This document shows positions 34,554 through 34,838 of a DNA stretch of 34,838 nucleotides, one piece after another. Position 1 is the stretch's first letter. Each line of letters begins with the position of its first letter. Position numbers and translations under genes: made by a program. The notes under the pieces were generated by a model. That model was not told the DNA's origin. It did no database searches and saw only the letters and a list, made by a program, of their open reading frames with translations. Source of the stretch: a virus (taxonomy: Duplodnaviria > Heunggongvirae > Uroviricota > Caudoviricetes); the IMG/VR virus record IMGVR_UViG_3300027804_000053. One strand, written 5' to 3'.

Positions 34554-34838
34554 TGAAATCAAATCACTTTTAAGAAAGTCGAGGATGATTTTTGAACAAA
34601 CTGATTTGAATGGTCAAACTGACACTCAAATTGATGTTGCAAAAGACATCGAAACTAAAATAACTCAGGATGATGAAGAGTTCAAAGACGAAGAAACAAC
34701 ACCTGAGGACAAGGTTCAGAAGTATAGAGTTTCTGGAGGTATTTTAGCTTTACACGGAAAGTACAAAACTGATTTAGATATTACTTCTGATGACAAAATT
34801 GCCTTTCAACAAACAATGGATGAGTTCATCGATGAAGT
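34525..34838 (+). CDS. 3'-partial acidic hypothetical protein
   Basis: Manual translation from ATG 34525: MNNIHNERYDEIKSLLRKSRMIFEQ..., open to the window end. Confidence 0.7.
   Translation, partial: MNNIHNERYDEIKSLLRKSRMIFEQTDLNGQTDTQIDVAKDIETKITQDDEEFKDEETTPEDKVQKYRVSGGILALHGKYKTDLDITSDDKIAFQQTMDEFIDE

Noticed and set aside
1-34838. Eukaryotic giant virus origin (collagen plus glycosyltransferases)
   Set aside because: Sigma-70, the peptidoglycan amidase, the DnaG-type primase, Bacteroidota promoter motifs and operon-style overlaps all indicate a bacteriophage.
1-34838. Stop-codon reassignment as in some large phages
   Set aside because: Genes are full length and tightly packed in the standard code, and TAA, TGA (15173) and TAG (18703) all act as stops.
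1-34838. tRNA, rRNA, integrase or transposase
   Set aside because: None recognised, and intergenic gaps are mostly too short; a tRNAscan run would be needed to exclude tRNAs formally.

Overview
This window is part of a large dsDNA bacteriophage genome (AT-rich, standard genetic code, tightly packed genes). The host is most likely Bacteroidota, based on TAnnTTTG promoters, SprB-like repeats, a Bacteroidota-type sigma-70 and a DUF6576-like domain. Left half: a 5'-truncated gene read in frame +3 (missed by the ORF track) encodes at least 386 consecutive proline-free Gly-X-Y triplets (X,Y almost all Thr/Ser) plus a globular C-terminus. It is followed by a minus-strand glycan-building cassette: an FkbM methyltransferase, a 1717-aa six-module enzyme ending in a TibC/Aah-like protein O-heptosyltransferase domain, and a GT9-like enzyme. 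Next come several Thr/Pro-rich, Cys-rich putative virion proteins with SprB-like repeats. Right half: RuvC-like resolvase, primase, PD-(D/E)XK exonuclease, Mre11/SbcD and Rad50/SbcC, a putative endonuclease plus Dam-family methylase pair, a pyrimidine-dimer glycosylase, a sigma-70 factor and a probable lysis cluster. The main hypothesis is a phage-encoded system for O-glycosylating its own Ser/Thr-rich fibres. Also notable are an apparent total absence of GATC and two promoter-like motifs sitting 4-5 nt before start codons. All family assignments come from motif recognition by eye; no database searches were run.
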